This document shows, one piece after another, positions 1 to 11,897 of a stretch of DNA of 64,000 nucleotides. The position numbers and the translations under genes were made by a program. The stretch lies in assembly GCA_030141605.1 (NCBI GenBank), contig JAQGDQ010001021.1, positions 1 through 64,000 of the forward strand, in the 5' to 3' direction. The stretch comes from Tubiluchus corallicola. Its lineage: Eukaryota > Animalia > Priapulida. Within the stretch, counting starts at the first letter, position 1. The number at the start of each line of letters is the position of its first letter. Under the pieces are notes generated by a model. That model searched no databases, had not been told where the DNA came from, and saw only the letters and a program-made list of their open reading frames with translations.

Positions 1-512
1 AAAAAAAAATCAGCGTCTTTTGTACAGCGCGCTCAAAAATAACTTTCATAAATTTTCAAATATATCAACTCATTCTAGTTTGTAGCCTTTTATGCAAAAT
101 GCAAGATCAACACGTCAACTATTCACATGGAAAACTGTTTTAGGACATTTCCCGGGTAATCCAGGGTAGGAAATGTTTAAAACGATTTAACAACCCAGTT
201 TATGCAAGTTTTTCTTACAAGTTTTGTCTGGCCAATTTTCTCAATTAAAACAGATCAATGATAAAACGGGGGGTAATTTGGGTTTCAAAAATTCTCATTA
301 ACATTCTAAAACCGGTGCCGTGACATTAGGCCAGATCGGAATGTACACAACGCGTGGGGTCAGGTAAACACCGTTAAATTTAACGTAAACAACGAAGTTT
401 ACGTAACGTTAAGCGAATATTTATTATGAAAATGCATTAAAATGTTGGCATTTCAATAATTAAAGTGTCTTATCTGATTATACGCGTTTTTCATTAACCA
501 TGTCACAGAAAA

Positions 513-955
513 TAAATATTGCAATGTATACATGACTTTTTATTACGTACTAAACGCTTCCAGTAGTTTCTATCTCATATGAAATGCATCAGCCTTAAAT
601 ATTCGTACATTAATATTTTCTAACCGTCATTTTCTACTAATGTCTAATGTAATCTTGTAGTAAAACTTGTCAGCTTGTGTAGTTACAGTCAATTCTTACT
701 GTAAATGTTACTAATGTCTAATGTATTCTTGTAGTAAAACTTGTCAGCTTGTGTAGTTATAGTCAAATTTTACTGTACATGTTACTAATGTCTAATGTAA
801 TCTTGTAGTAAAACTTGTCAGCTTGTGTAGTTATAGTCTATTCTTACTGTAAATGTTTTTGTAAATAGTGTATAAAGTCTGTTGTGGTGAGGATCCTAAA
901 TCATGTTGTTCAAACTGTCTGATCCAATCCTATAATAAATTATGTTTAAACTAAA
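513..955 (+). mobile_element. 5'-truncated CR1-group LINE 3' end (family A, copy 1) with three 74-bp UTR repeats
   Basis: Near-identical to 6180-6838. Ends the ORF (...TKRFQ*), followed by the 74-bp tandem unit and AATAAA. Confidence 0.8.
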
Positions 956-984
956 ACAAAGTTTTAAAAATCCTCACCACATCA

Positions 985-1217
985 TAATGTATCACTTATA
1001 CTGTTTTATTATTATTTTTTCTTATTTGTTTTTGTTTTTGTTATCTGCAGCATCACCGTTAATTTTTAATATGCTAATCTATTTATAAGAAAGGGCAGGA
1101 GACTAGATGACCCAATGGTCCTTTTCCCTGCCCTAGTCCATGATTATAATTACTTAATATTTAAAAAACTTTTGATGTTAAACTAATTGGAGAAAATAAA
1201 TGTTCTATGTCTATGTC
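985..1217 (+). mobile_element. LINE/SINE 3' end (stem-loop, AATAAA, (CTATGT)n tail)
   Basis: Hairpin GGGCAGG...CCTGCCC at about 1092-1133, AATAAA at about 1195 and a short tandem tail. This is L2/CR1-type 3' architecture. Confidence 0.55.
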
Positions 1218-1764
1218 ATACTGGGAGCAAAAAGAACGGCTACACATTGTGTTTATTGTCCCGCGAAAATACGAAAGCTCATTTGAAATACTTTAATAAA
1301 CCAGATATTAAACGAGCCCATAAAACATTCCCATCACAATCCACGTAACTCCTGCCCAGATTAACAGGAAAGCGTAAAACCGGGAACAAGGGGATAATGC
1401 CCGGACAAATTGAGGAATCCGATATCCAACGTCGGATGAAAACCGACGCGTATAGGAATTATTTAATGGGCGGTTGGCTTAAAAGGGTCAACGATTGATT
1501 TACATTGGAGTGGATAAAAGAGGAAGACTTTCTCCAAATTGAAGTATGATTTATTGAAAATGATGACAGACACTCTTTCATTGAAGACCACAAAATCTCC
1601 ACGATCCGTGCAGTAATGTAAATAACGGAAATTATTTAACAGACAATGTGGATTAAGACTTGGAGAAGGCACTCAAAGAGGGCGTTCTCGCCGACTCTAT
1701 AATGCCATCATCTTGTTTATTTCAATTAAACTTTCTTTCCAAAATCGTACTTCATCGTCTAAGT

Positions 1765-2197
1765 CAGGGGTGTGCAAATTGCGGCCCGCCGAGAGAATTT
1801 GTGCGGCCCGCGAAGAGATTTGTAAAGTTAATGAAAGTCCTTGCCACGATCCCAAAGATAGTGCGGGTAGTTTTTTCTACTAGATCGGATGCCATTAACC
1901 CTTACAAGACGGTTGGGCTTAATGTCACTGTACTACACAGACACATTACTAATATGCACTGTAATGAAATTACCACTATCTGTCCTGAAAGTAGAAATAT
2001 ATGGTTTGTAATATAAATTTTAATAACTTCTAAAATAGATTATTGAGTGTAGTAGTAATGATGTACGCAGGTTGGATGCAAAAAAATCGTTATTAGGCCT
2101 GTCTGTACTTGGCTCCTTGATTAAACTGCCTGTGGCCCGCAGGAATTGTGGGAAAGTTTAATGTGGCCCGGCTAGTCAGATAATTTGCACACCCCTG
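1765..2197. mobile_element. hAT (Charlie-like) MITE
   Basis: Perfect 16-bp TIR CAGGGGTGTGCAAATT, subterminal GCGGCCCG repeats, degenerate 8-bp TSD gtctaagt/gcctaggt. The empty site gtctaggt is present in the paralogous copy at about 2688. Confidence 0.88.
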
Positions 2198-2548
2198 GCC
2201 TAGGTTAATGCGTTCATATTTTTACAACAGGAGGTAATATGATTCCACCACAATGCGCGTCGAGTTAATAATGTAGTGTCCTAAAGAGATAAAATCACAA
2301 ATTCCTCCTTAACTCATTCAGGACCGTAAGCGTTTACTGCATTTTGCTCTCACGAAGCAGTGATTATATTATAATTGATAATTTTTCTAGGTTTCTATTC
2401 CTCACACGATGGGGTTTCATGCAAAAATATAAATGAAATGCATTTGCTTAGCTTGGACATATTAAAAATCGATTTTTGACGAAAAATTGAAAAAAGCTTT
2501 CAGTAACTGTAGTGTTTGCAATGTATTGTTGACTGTCGATCCGGCGAC

Positions 2549-2753
2549 TAATGTAAATAACGGAAATTATTTAACAGACAATGTGGATTAAGATTTTGAG
2601 AGGGCACTCAAAGAGGGCGTTCTCGCCGACTCTTCTCTCCATAATGCCATCATCTTGTTTATTTCAATTAAACTTTCTTTCTTCATCGTCTAGGTTAATG
2701 CGTTCATATTTTTACAACAGGAGGTAATATGATTCCACCACAAAGCGCGTCGA
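2549..2753 (+). repeat. Local duplicate of 1613-1764 plus 2198-2262, lacking the MITE
   Basis: Direct sequence match read by eye. Confidence 0.85.
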
Positions 2754-3237
2754 GAGTTCAGCCGCAAGTTTGCCGATCTCGAGGTGCAAGAGTGGCAATC
2801 CTGAAAAGTACCCCCGGTGTGACTTAGTTATGGATGTAGATTAAAAGTAAACAAGGTTGTTCGCCACTCGAACACGGTCCACGGAGCTGCTGAATGATTT
2901 GCTAGGAAAGTTGCCAACCACTTGAGTTGTTGAAATTACAGGGCCGATTGTGAAACAGCCTTTATCTGCAGGGGCTGGGAAAAGTTGGTGAAAAACGTTC
3001 ACAAATGAAAACCAGCGCAGAGGTCACACTTGCCAGGCCTAATCGTGCACTTTCGCTACGCTTAGTGCTAAATCCGTGAACTTTTAAGCCTTATCCGTGA
3101 CACTACACCCCGAAAACAAAAATCCCTGTTAGCAATACAATGCCAATGAAACGTTTATGTTTCCTCATTACTTAGTCATGGTGTAAAATGTTTCCTACAG
3201 AAAAAAAAACGTAAAACCAATCCAAACGTTGGTATGT

Positions 3238-3556
3238 GCCATTGCCATTAGTAACCATTCCTTAGTAACCATTGCCATTAGTAACCATTCCTTAGTAACC
3301 ATTCCTTAGCAGCCATTCCTTGGCAACCATTCCTTAGCAACCATTCCTTAGTAACCATTCCTTAGTAACCATTCCTTAGTAACCATTCCTTGGCAACCAT
3401 TCCTTGGCAACCATTCCTTAGTAACCATTCCTTAGTAACCATTCCTTGGCAACCATTCCTTAGTAACCATTCCTTAGTAACCATTCCTTAGCAACCATTC
3501 CTTAGTAACCATTCCTTAGCAGCCATTCCTTAGTAACCATTCCTTAGCAACCATTT
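3238..3556. repeat. 14-bp minisatellite (GTAACCATTCCTTA)n, about 22 units
   Basis: Direct reading. Confidence 0.95.
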
Positions 3557-3689
3557 GCTGAGGAGGCAACATAGCATATTTATTTGCTAATTTAAATATT
3601 GTTTCATACCATTTGCCATATTCATTGATTCATGTTGCCACTTGATTATAAACTCATCTGAATTCATTATACTAATATCTCCCTAGTTA

Positions 3690-4236
3690 TTCATCTTTAT
3701 TTTTTATTTTTATTTTTTATATGTTGATTATTATAATTTTCCTTGTCTGTACTTGTCAGGTTTATATAATTTCCTTTAAATTTGGATAGAGGTAGTTGAC
3801 TTGGTGATGATTTACTCATGACTTGACATTGCTTCATTTTTTTGCTTCTTATGTTGGTTTGAGTTCTTGATTTGTATGTAATTATTAGTTTTGTTTTTGA
3901 TGAGTTTAAATTTTCCGTTTTGTTTGCTAATTTAAGTTTTGTCTCTTCTCATTACCAAACTTATTTACTGTTTCTAAATTTAAACTCATTTGAACTTGTT
4001 GCCTCATTTTTTTTATTTTATTTTGTTAAGTTGCTGATTATTGTCATTTGTACATACCTTACTTGACAGGTCACTTAATTTTTTTCAATTTGGATAGGGG
4101 TGGTTGACTTGGCGACGCTTGGTCTTTTCGCCACCCCGTCTCTTTTCCGTCTGTATTTTAGTTTTTAGCTTTTGTTTATATTTATTTTGTAACATTTAGA
4201 GACAAATATTTTTTTTTACTTTACTTTTACTTTACC
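3690..4236 (+). mobile_element. LINE 3' UTR relic with internal duplication and (TTTAC)n tail
   Basis: T-rich UTR; about 3715-3830 resembles about 4010-4110; hairpin GGGGTGG...CCACCCC; tandem tail. Confidence 0.5.
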
Positions 4237-4569
4237 TAATTCGCCATTGGCATTGGTAACGGTCTTGACAACAAAACTGACCAAAAACTATAGCCCCCTT
4301 GTTTCTGAATTTGCAGTTGTTCTGTGATGATAGTATGCATAATCCTTTTGTCAATGCCCAACGCCCACTGTGAGATCACCATTGTTTGAAAAAAAAGTGA
4401 TGCTGACGAACTGACAGGCGAACACACACGCAAAACAATGAAAATTGTCCTTAACAACAAATGATGGGCAGGAAAATTGCAACGCTAAAGGATTACCGAA
4501 GCCTTCACGAACTTGCTAATCATTACTTCACTTCTTCTTTTGATTCTAATGTACATCACGAAAATTTGA

Positions 4570-4857
4570 GAAAAAAAATCAATAGTTTATTCGCTACGTA
4601 CAATCAACCTACTGTACAGTACTGTACTATAACTTTTAAAAATTTATGGTTTTTTATTTGTTATGTACAGCCAGTCTCTGCTAGGGTATATCGTTAAACT
4701 TTGAAAAAATCAATAGTTTATTCACTACGTACAATCAATCTACTGTACAGTAGTACACTATGACTTTTAAAAAATCTATGATTTTTTATTTGCTTTGTAC
4801 AGCCAGTCTCTGTTAGAGTATTTCGTTAAACTTTGAAAAAATCAATAGTTTATTCGC
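4570..4857. repeat. About 133-bp tandem repeat, about 2.2 units
   Basis: AAAAAATCAATAGTTTATTC recurs at about 4573, 4705 and 4837. Confidence 0.85.
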
Positions 4858-5990
4858 ATTGTACTGTACAATGCCTAATAACAGCTGCCCGGTTGCTTCC
4901 TGCCGTAAAATACTACAAATATTTGGCGTGGCACTCAATACAAGCTACATTTAAACTAGATCATATAGCTGCTGAATTGCGTAATTGCAGTTTTATCAGT
5001 TCAACAGATGGGCCGCGATGTGTACGCATCGAATTCGACATCCGTCGACAAACTTTAACAACAATCGAGCCAAAACTGCGCTCTAGCAGCGTAAAAATCG
5101 GCGTGTGTTATTACACTACACTGTCGTACAAAAGCTGGCCAGGGCAATTGGAGGTTTCATAGTACAAATGTCGATTCGGCAGATAATTATAAGTGATTTT
5201 ATCATACGCTAAAGTGACGGGGATGTTACGTAACGGGGTCACGACTCCTACTGCAGAGCGAAAGTTGTCATTAACATTCGGGTTGCTCTGTTTTCAGCTC
5301 AAGTACTAAATGTAAGTTATAGTCTATTAGCTTTAAAACTAGACATTTATTTTAACAGATAGCTACTTCAGAAACATTCCGGCTGGGAAATCAGTAATAA
5401 TAAAGTCACAAGGAAAAAAATCACAACGCAACTACTACTGCTGCTTCTGCTGCTGCTGCTGCTGTCATCAACAGTAAGGCTGGCCCGCTGTAAATTAAGT
5501 TTTTTATCCATTATTTATTTATCAGAAACGCTTTTGCAGTACTAATCGTGTTAAAATGCTTACTTTTTGCCCTACTTGAAAATGGGGTAGCAGATGAAAA
5601 ATCATCCTGTCTTTCTTTGGCTCGTACTGTTGGCGGGAAATGCAAGACACTAACGAACACTGAAAAAAGCATGGAAGCGTGATCTGACAGTCAAGCCAGC
5701 TCGGGTAATAAGATAGAAGAAGGCAGACGATTGTTCCAAAATCATCTGGCATCGACTCTACCATAAACACTGGACGATCAGAGCCATTATCTCGAGTGGA
5801 TGGACAAGTTTTTATGTTTGAAGTATCTGCACGAATATGAGCAAACAGGAGAATAATTATCTGCAATAGAAACAAGAGATCAGGTCATAGAGGTGAACAG
5901 CACTCGAGTGGATGATGATTATATGCTACAGGGAAACAGATAAGAGATGGTGGGAAATTCAGACTAAGAGACTAAGACTAACTACTACGA

Positions 5991-6838
5991 TTTGAGTCTG
6001 TTGAACACTTTTTGTTGCACTGCCCATTGTATCAACAAACTAGGGTTGTTATGTTTGATAAACTAAATGAAATACTTCTGCCCGGAAGCCTTAATATAGC
6101 TGCCTTAGGAACTAATGATCTGTTGAAGTTGTTATTATTCGGAAAAGATGAATTTAACTATGTTGCTAACTGTAAAATATTCCAATGCATACATGACTTT
6201 ATATTACGAACTAAACGCTTCCAGTAGTTTCTATCTGATATGAAATGCATCAGTCTTAAATATTCGTACATTAATATTTTCTAACCGTCATTTTCCACTA
6301 ATGTCTAATGTATTCTTGTAGTAAAACTTGTCAGCTTGTGTAGTTATAGTCAATTCTTACTGTAAATGTTACTAATGTCTAATGTAATCTTGCAGTAAAC
6401 TTGTCAACTTGTGTAGTTATAGTCTATTTTACTGTAAATGTTACTAATGTCTAATGTAATCTTGCAGTAAAACTTGTCAGCTTGTGCAGTTATAGTCAAT
6501 TCTTGCTGTAAATGTTACTAATGTCTAATGTAATCTTGTAGTAAAACTTGTCAGCTTGTGTAGTTATATAGTCAATTCTTGCTGTAAATGTTACTAATGT
6601 CTAATGTAATCTTGTAGTAAAACTTGTCAGCTTGTGTAGTTATAGTCAATTCTTACTGTAAATGTTACTAATGTCTAATGTAATCTTGTAGTAAAACTTG
6701 TCAGCTTGTGTAGTTATAGTCAATTCTTACTGTAAATGTTTTTGTAAATAGTGTATGAAGTCTGTTGTGGTGAGGATCCTAAATCATGTTGTTCAAACTG
6801 TCTGATCCAATCCTACAATAAATTATGTTTAAACTAAA
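5991..6838 (+). mobile_element. 5'-truncated CR1-group LINE (family A, copy 2): ORF2 C-terminus and 3' UTR with six 74-bp repeats
   Basis: Open frame FESVEHFLLHCPLYQQTR...LLLFG...NCKIFQCIHDFILRTKRFQ*, which includes the H-x4-C half of the C-terminal CCHC knuckle of non-LTR ORF2. AATAAA at about 6817. Confidence 0.85.
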
Positions 6839-7402
6839 CATTACAAAAAATCGTGTAGACTTTGCACTCAGGAAAAGCGCAGTGCGTCCAAAATGTTTTC
6901 TACTTGCACAAAAGGTGCACCTCTTTTTCTACACGCATAGATGGCTTGTAAATCAACTTATAAAGGCAGCAAAGTCAATCAATGGCTGTTTCGTGAGTGA
7001 ATGATCCAAAAGGCAGTGAAAACCACCCAGTCAGAAGACAGAAAAATCCTGTCTAAATGCCACGCGAGATTTGATTCAGACACAAATAAACGTCAGCCCT
7101 ATTGATATTTCACCTCGCTTCGTTGACACAGACACCAGGTGGGGTGGACAGATAAAGTCTGCAGATGACTTAAAAGAGGTGGCATCGTTGCTGAGTCATC
7201 GAGGCCCCATCTACATCATAAAGCGCCTCTTTTCCTTGTCAAAATACGAAATGCACGAAAGTGACAACACAGACTGTGTATTCTAGAAGCCAAATTAGTT
7301 ACTGCGCCAGCAATCTGTAATTGTAATTGCGAATGGGTCGATATTCCTAATGTTTTGTGTACCTGTGATGCACGTATGAGAAAAAAATCAATTCACTATA
7401 GG

Positions 7403-7891
7403 CAGGGATGAGAATGACAAATTGCAAAAAAACTCTGAAACAGGCCGGGGGTGTGGGGGCCACGTAGGCCCCCAATGGGGTTCAAGGGAAGCCGCCTTGG
7501 AGCCAGCAACAAATTGCAATTTTTTGACCATAGAGGCCTCTAAGTGGACTTAAAATATCAATTACCTTGTTTCATGCATAATTTAAAATACCCAACTATC
7601 AAGGATACATGATACCTAATTGTTTAAAAAATGCCTAAGTACTGGCCGCTCCTATGCAAAAGTATATAAAAACTGTCTGCAATTGACTCAAATAACTCCA
7701 CACAATTGATTCTATATTTTTATACGTAGAGATATACACGTGGTTACACTGTTGTACGTGATGTAAACAAAGTGACGGCCTGCCAACTAGCGGTCAGCTT
7801 GTGAAATAATGTACTGTGTCCGTAAAAATTTTCTCAACGAATTTACGCGATTTACATAAATGGCACTAAATGGAATTCTGCGTCATCCCTG
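7403..7891. mobile_element. hAT (Ac-like TIR CAGGGATG) MITE, copy 1
   Basis: CAGGGATGAGAAT...CATCCCTG ends; the interior matches 47390-47720. Confidence 0.8.
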
Positions 7892-8802
7892 CATGGGGTG
7901 TAGGGAAACCATAGTCATAAATTGGGGGTCATATAGGTTCGCTTTCGTTCCCAGATTTCGAAAATGCCAGAAAGGGAATGGTAAATTCCTTAGCGGCAAC
8001 CTGTTTCCGGCAGAAATGCCGTCGTATTTTGTGAAAAATTAATCTAGGCTTCCTCTGAACTATAGCGCTAGATGAAATAATAGTTGTGGCAACTAGTGCG
8101 AGGGTTCTAATACGTGGGTTCGAATCTCAGTAGTTACCTTTATCATCTGTTGAACAACAGGGTTCCTCTATGGTTTTAACTCTTAGATTAGCAAGCAGCA
8201 ACCTAACATAGGTGTCTACAATTCTTTACAAGATGCTTGCTTCCCTGTAGCATGCAATGTAATTTCAGTTTTCGTTCGGGCTTCTTTCTTGTAGAATTCT
8301 TCAGCAGAAGACTGCTTCCTTGGTAACTACAGCCTCGCCACTTTCAACATATCAACACATACCTTTGTCACTAATAACAAAAATTTTGTTTGCATTCATT
8401 TCTACTGTAAAATCTCACAACCCACCCACCGTACAGCCTACGCCCACCTTACCCTGGGTGTACTACTGGCCTTATAAATTTAGATATTTACGAAGTTTCT
8501 AATTTCGTGATAAAATATCTGAGGGTTTATATTTGATATTTACCAAATTTCCCTATAATCCACAATGAACTAAACTTTCCTCAAATAGATTCTTCCCAAA
8601 ATACGACCGGATTCATTTATGCAATTACTAAACGACTTGCAAAAATTAAAAGAGAAATACGCATGCCGGAAACACGTTTCATTTCCGGTTAATTACGAGG
8701 GTTAAAAGCTGCGGGTGTAGAGTAACCCTGCACGTGATCGCTTTGCCGTACATCTGATATTCCATTTTAAAGTGAGAAGCGTTACTCATTATTTTGCCAA
8801 GA

Positions 8803-10100
8803 TAATTGAGGGTTTGTCGTCAACAGAACGTTCAGGAAAATAACAGCAAAGTCAACAGAGACAAGTTGAAATTCACTCGAGCGTGCATACCCCCGCACAA
8901 AACACAACATTGTCCTTGAACAGTAATTAAGACTAATAAGCTTGTTTTTCTGAACAGTTTTTTCCTGGTTTTGGCTAAACGTTTCAATCGCAAACGCAAA
9001 CGATTCGAGTTCAGTCATGTTGAGGGAAACGCAAAAAATGGGTTCCTACTGTTAAATTCAGGTAAAAAAGTCACCGGTGAAAAAGCCACAGGAAAAAAGT
9101 CACAGGTAAAAAACCCACTGGTGAAAAATTCACAGGAAAAAAGTCACAGGTAAAAAAGCCACTGGTAAAAAAAATCACAGGTAAAAAAGCCACAGGTAAA
9201 AAAGTCACAGGTAAAAAAGTCACAGGTAAAAAAGCCACTGGTGAAAAAGTCACAGGAAAAAAGTCACAGGTGAAAAAGTCACAGGTAAAAAAAGTCACAG
9301 GTTAAAAAGCCACAGGTGAAAAAGTCGCAGGTAAAAAAGTCACAGGTAAAAAAGTCACAGGAAAAAAGTCATAGGTAAAAAAGTCACAGGTGAAAAAAGT
9401 CACAGGTTAAAAAGCCACAGGTTAAAAAGCCACAGGTAAAATGTCACAGGAAAAAAATCAAAGGTAAAAAATATGTGTATATATATATATATATATATAA
9501 TTGAGGGTTTGTCGTCAACAGAACGTTCAGGAAAATAACAGCAGAGTCAACAGAGACAAGTTGAAATTCACTCGAGCGAGCATACCCCCGCACAAAACAC
9601 AACATTGTCCTTGAACAGTAATTAAGACTAATAAGCTTGTTTTTCTGAGCAGTTTTTTCCTGGTTTTGCTAAATGTTTCAATCGCAAACGCAAACGATTC
9701 GAGTTCAGTCATGTTGAGGGAAACGCAAAAAAATGGGTTCCTACTGTTAAATTCAGGTAAAAAAGTCACAGGTAAAAAAGCCACAGGGAAAAAGTCACAG
9801 GTAAAAAGTCACAGGAAAAAAGTTTACAGGTAAAAAAGTCACAGGTAAAAAAGCCACAGGAAAAAAGTCACAGGTAAAAAAGCCACTGGTGAAAAAGTCA
9901 CAGGAAAAAAGTCACAGGTAAAAAAACCCACTGGTGAAAAATTCACAGGAAAAAAGTCACAGGTAAAAAAGTCACAGGTTAAAAAGTCACAGGAAAAAAG
10001 TCACAGGTAAAAAAACCACAGGTAAAAAAGCCACAGGTAAAAAGTCACAGGTAAAAAGTCACAGGAAAATCACAGGTAAAAAATATGTATATATATATAT
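8803..10100 (+). repeat. About 695-bp tandem duplication; each unit is about 255 bp unique sequence, an (AGGTAAAAAAGTCAC)n array and (TA)n
   Basis: Units start at about 8803 and about 9498. The 14-15-bp array resembles the modular TIRs of Mutator/Foldback-like elements; only one orientation is present. Confidence 0.8.
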
Positions 10101-10210
10101 ATGTATATGTATATGCATATGTATGTATATGTATATAGGTATATATACACATATGCATATATAGTATTATCATAACGGTTTATATTGATTTTGTGCAACT
10201 CTACAATATT

Positions 10211-10281
10211 AATCTGTAGTCCTGGTGGCAAAAAGGCGAGAGTTCTAATCGCAAAGTCTCGGGTTCAAGCCCCGACTGACT
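10211..10281 (+). pseudogene. Degenerate tRNA-derived sequence (SINE-head-like)
   Basis: A-box-like TAGTCCTGGTGG and a perfect T-arm TCGGG-TTCAAGC-CCCGA. The acceptor and anticodon stems are poor, so this is not a functional tRNA. Confidence 0.5.
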
Positions 10282-10691
10282 CATAATTTTTCAGCATGTT
10301 TTTTTTTCAATTCATCAGCTATGCTATGTTAACTTCTGTATAATAGATCGTCACGTTAGCCACTTCTGGTCTACAAAAGGTCTACAAAATCATTAGTCGT
10401 GTCTTGACGGAGTTAGCAAAACGTTTTTTCGTCAACTTCCGAATGTGCGTAACCTACTTTGAAGATACCTGATATAATTTGATCTTGCTTAGCGTATACA
10501 TCACGCCTGCTTCACATTTAACAATGCAAAGTCGATCTTTATTAGAATGGAATACATCCTATAATGCAGCGATAACAACCTATTATGGAGCAAAACGGTT
10601 AAACTAACAAGAGCACCTCAAGTTTTTGCCCAATTAGTAAAAAGAGCAGAGCACTTCTCACGGTACAGCGTGCGTTTTTGCACCAGTTTAA

Positions 10692-11256
10692 CCCTTATAG
10701 GGTCACGATTTTTTACAACCGATTTTGGTAACCGTGGGGTAAAAGATAACCACCATAATTCGTAAATTACTTTTCATAAACCACCGTGTTTCATTAGTAA
10801 ACAGCAACAGCATAATTTGTGGTTACGCTGACCACCATAGGATACATTGTACCTCTGCTTATAGACATGTGACTTACTAGTAATACGAAATTTAAATTCA
10901 CTTAGTTACGTTCCCTTATCTATGCTGGAATAACTGTAGGCAACCGACATTGCTAGCGCGTGTGGGGCAAAAATCATCGTTATTTTGAATTTATTGTCTA
11001 CTACTTTCTTCTTTTAGGTGAAGTAATTTGAGTAACTGACATGCCCGCAAAACAATAATGTATAGACAAGCGAAGTAAAGTTTCGACAATTTTAAAAAAA
11101 TCGACATATTGCATTTTCACTTTTATTTCGTGGTGAGACAATGCGCCTAAAATAAATAACAGAAAGTATTTTGTGCACAAAACATATTTAGAAAAAGTCA
11201 TAGAAAAGGTTTACGGGGATAACTTTTTACCCCCCCCCCCGGTGACCTTATATGGG
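10692..11256. mobile_element. piggyBac-type MITE, copy 1
   Basis: TTAA TSD on both sides; TIR CCCTTATAGGGTCAC (imperfect right end); second copy at 59074-59609. Confidence 0.9.
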
Positions 11257-11720
11257 TTAAATAGACACACGATTACACTACTCATTGTTTAAATAATTCT
11301 TTAGAGGTTCGGTTGTTTTCACTCAATCTCATTTTAATTTACTGTTCAAAATATACATTTTCTTGCATATAAAAGTTAGCAATTGTTTCTTAAATTATTT
11401 TTTTCTTCAAATGGGAAGGTGAACTATTGAACTAATTCTTTATTTTGAACTAATGTTTACACAATCATCCAGTTAGATAGCAATAGTTAGTTAAAAAATC
11501 AATTTTATTTGTTTACAAATAATCTATAATTTCAGTATTTTGTTCAGGTTAAACGTAAGTTGAGTTTCGACGCGAAATCGACATTAACTAAAATTATTTT
11601 AATAACGTAGTACGCGAAAAACAGAATGAGTAAAATTCTTAAAACACTGGGAATCGAACTTGCGCCCTGCGCCATGCTGGCTCAAACTCTACAAATAGCT
11701 GCAACCATATAAAGTCAACG

Positions 11721-11897
11721 CATGGTTGCATGTTTACATTGTTACATGGTTGCATGTTTACATTGTTACATGGTTGCATGTATACATTGTTACATGGTTG
11801 CATGTTTACATTGTTACATGGTTGCATGTTTACATTGTTACATGGTTGCACGTTTACATTGTTACATGGTTGCATGTTTACATTGTTACATGATTGC
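11721..11897. repeat. 24-bp minisatellite (CATGGTTGCATGTTTACATTGTTA)n, about 7 units
   Basis: Direct reading. Confidence 0.95.

Noticed and set aside
5522-5875. 117-aa ORF with a hydrophobic start, as a secreted protein or Eph exon 4
   Set aside because: It has no Eph EGF/FN3 motif, starts at TTG, and its 3' part overlaps a dispersed repeat (AAGACAGGATGATTTTTCAT, also at about 36595 and 56862).
8078-11705. tRNA genes at about 8080, 10211 and 11645
   Set aside because: Only B-box/T-arm-like parts are present and no complete cloverleaf forms, so these are SINE-like relics.
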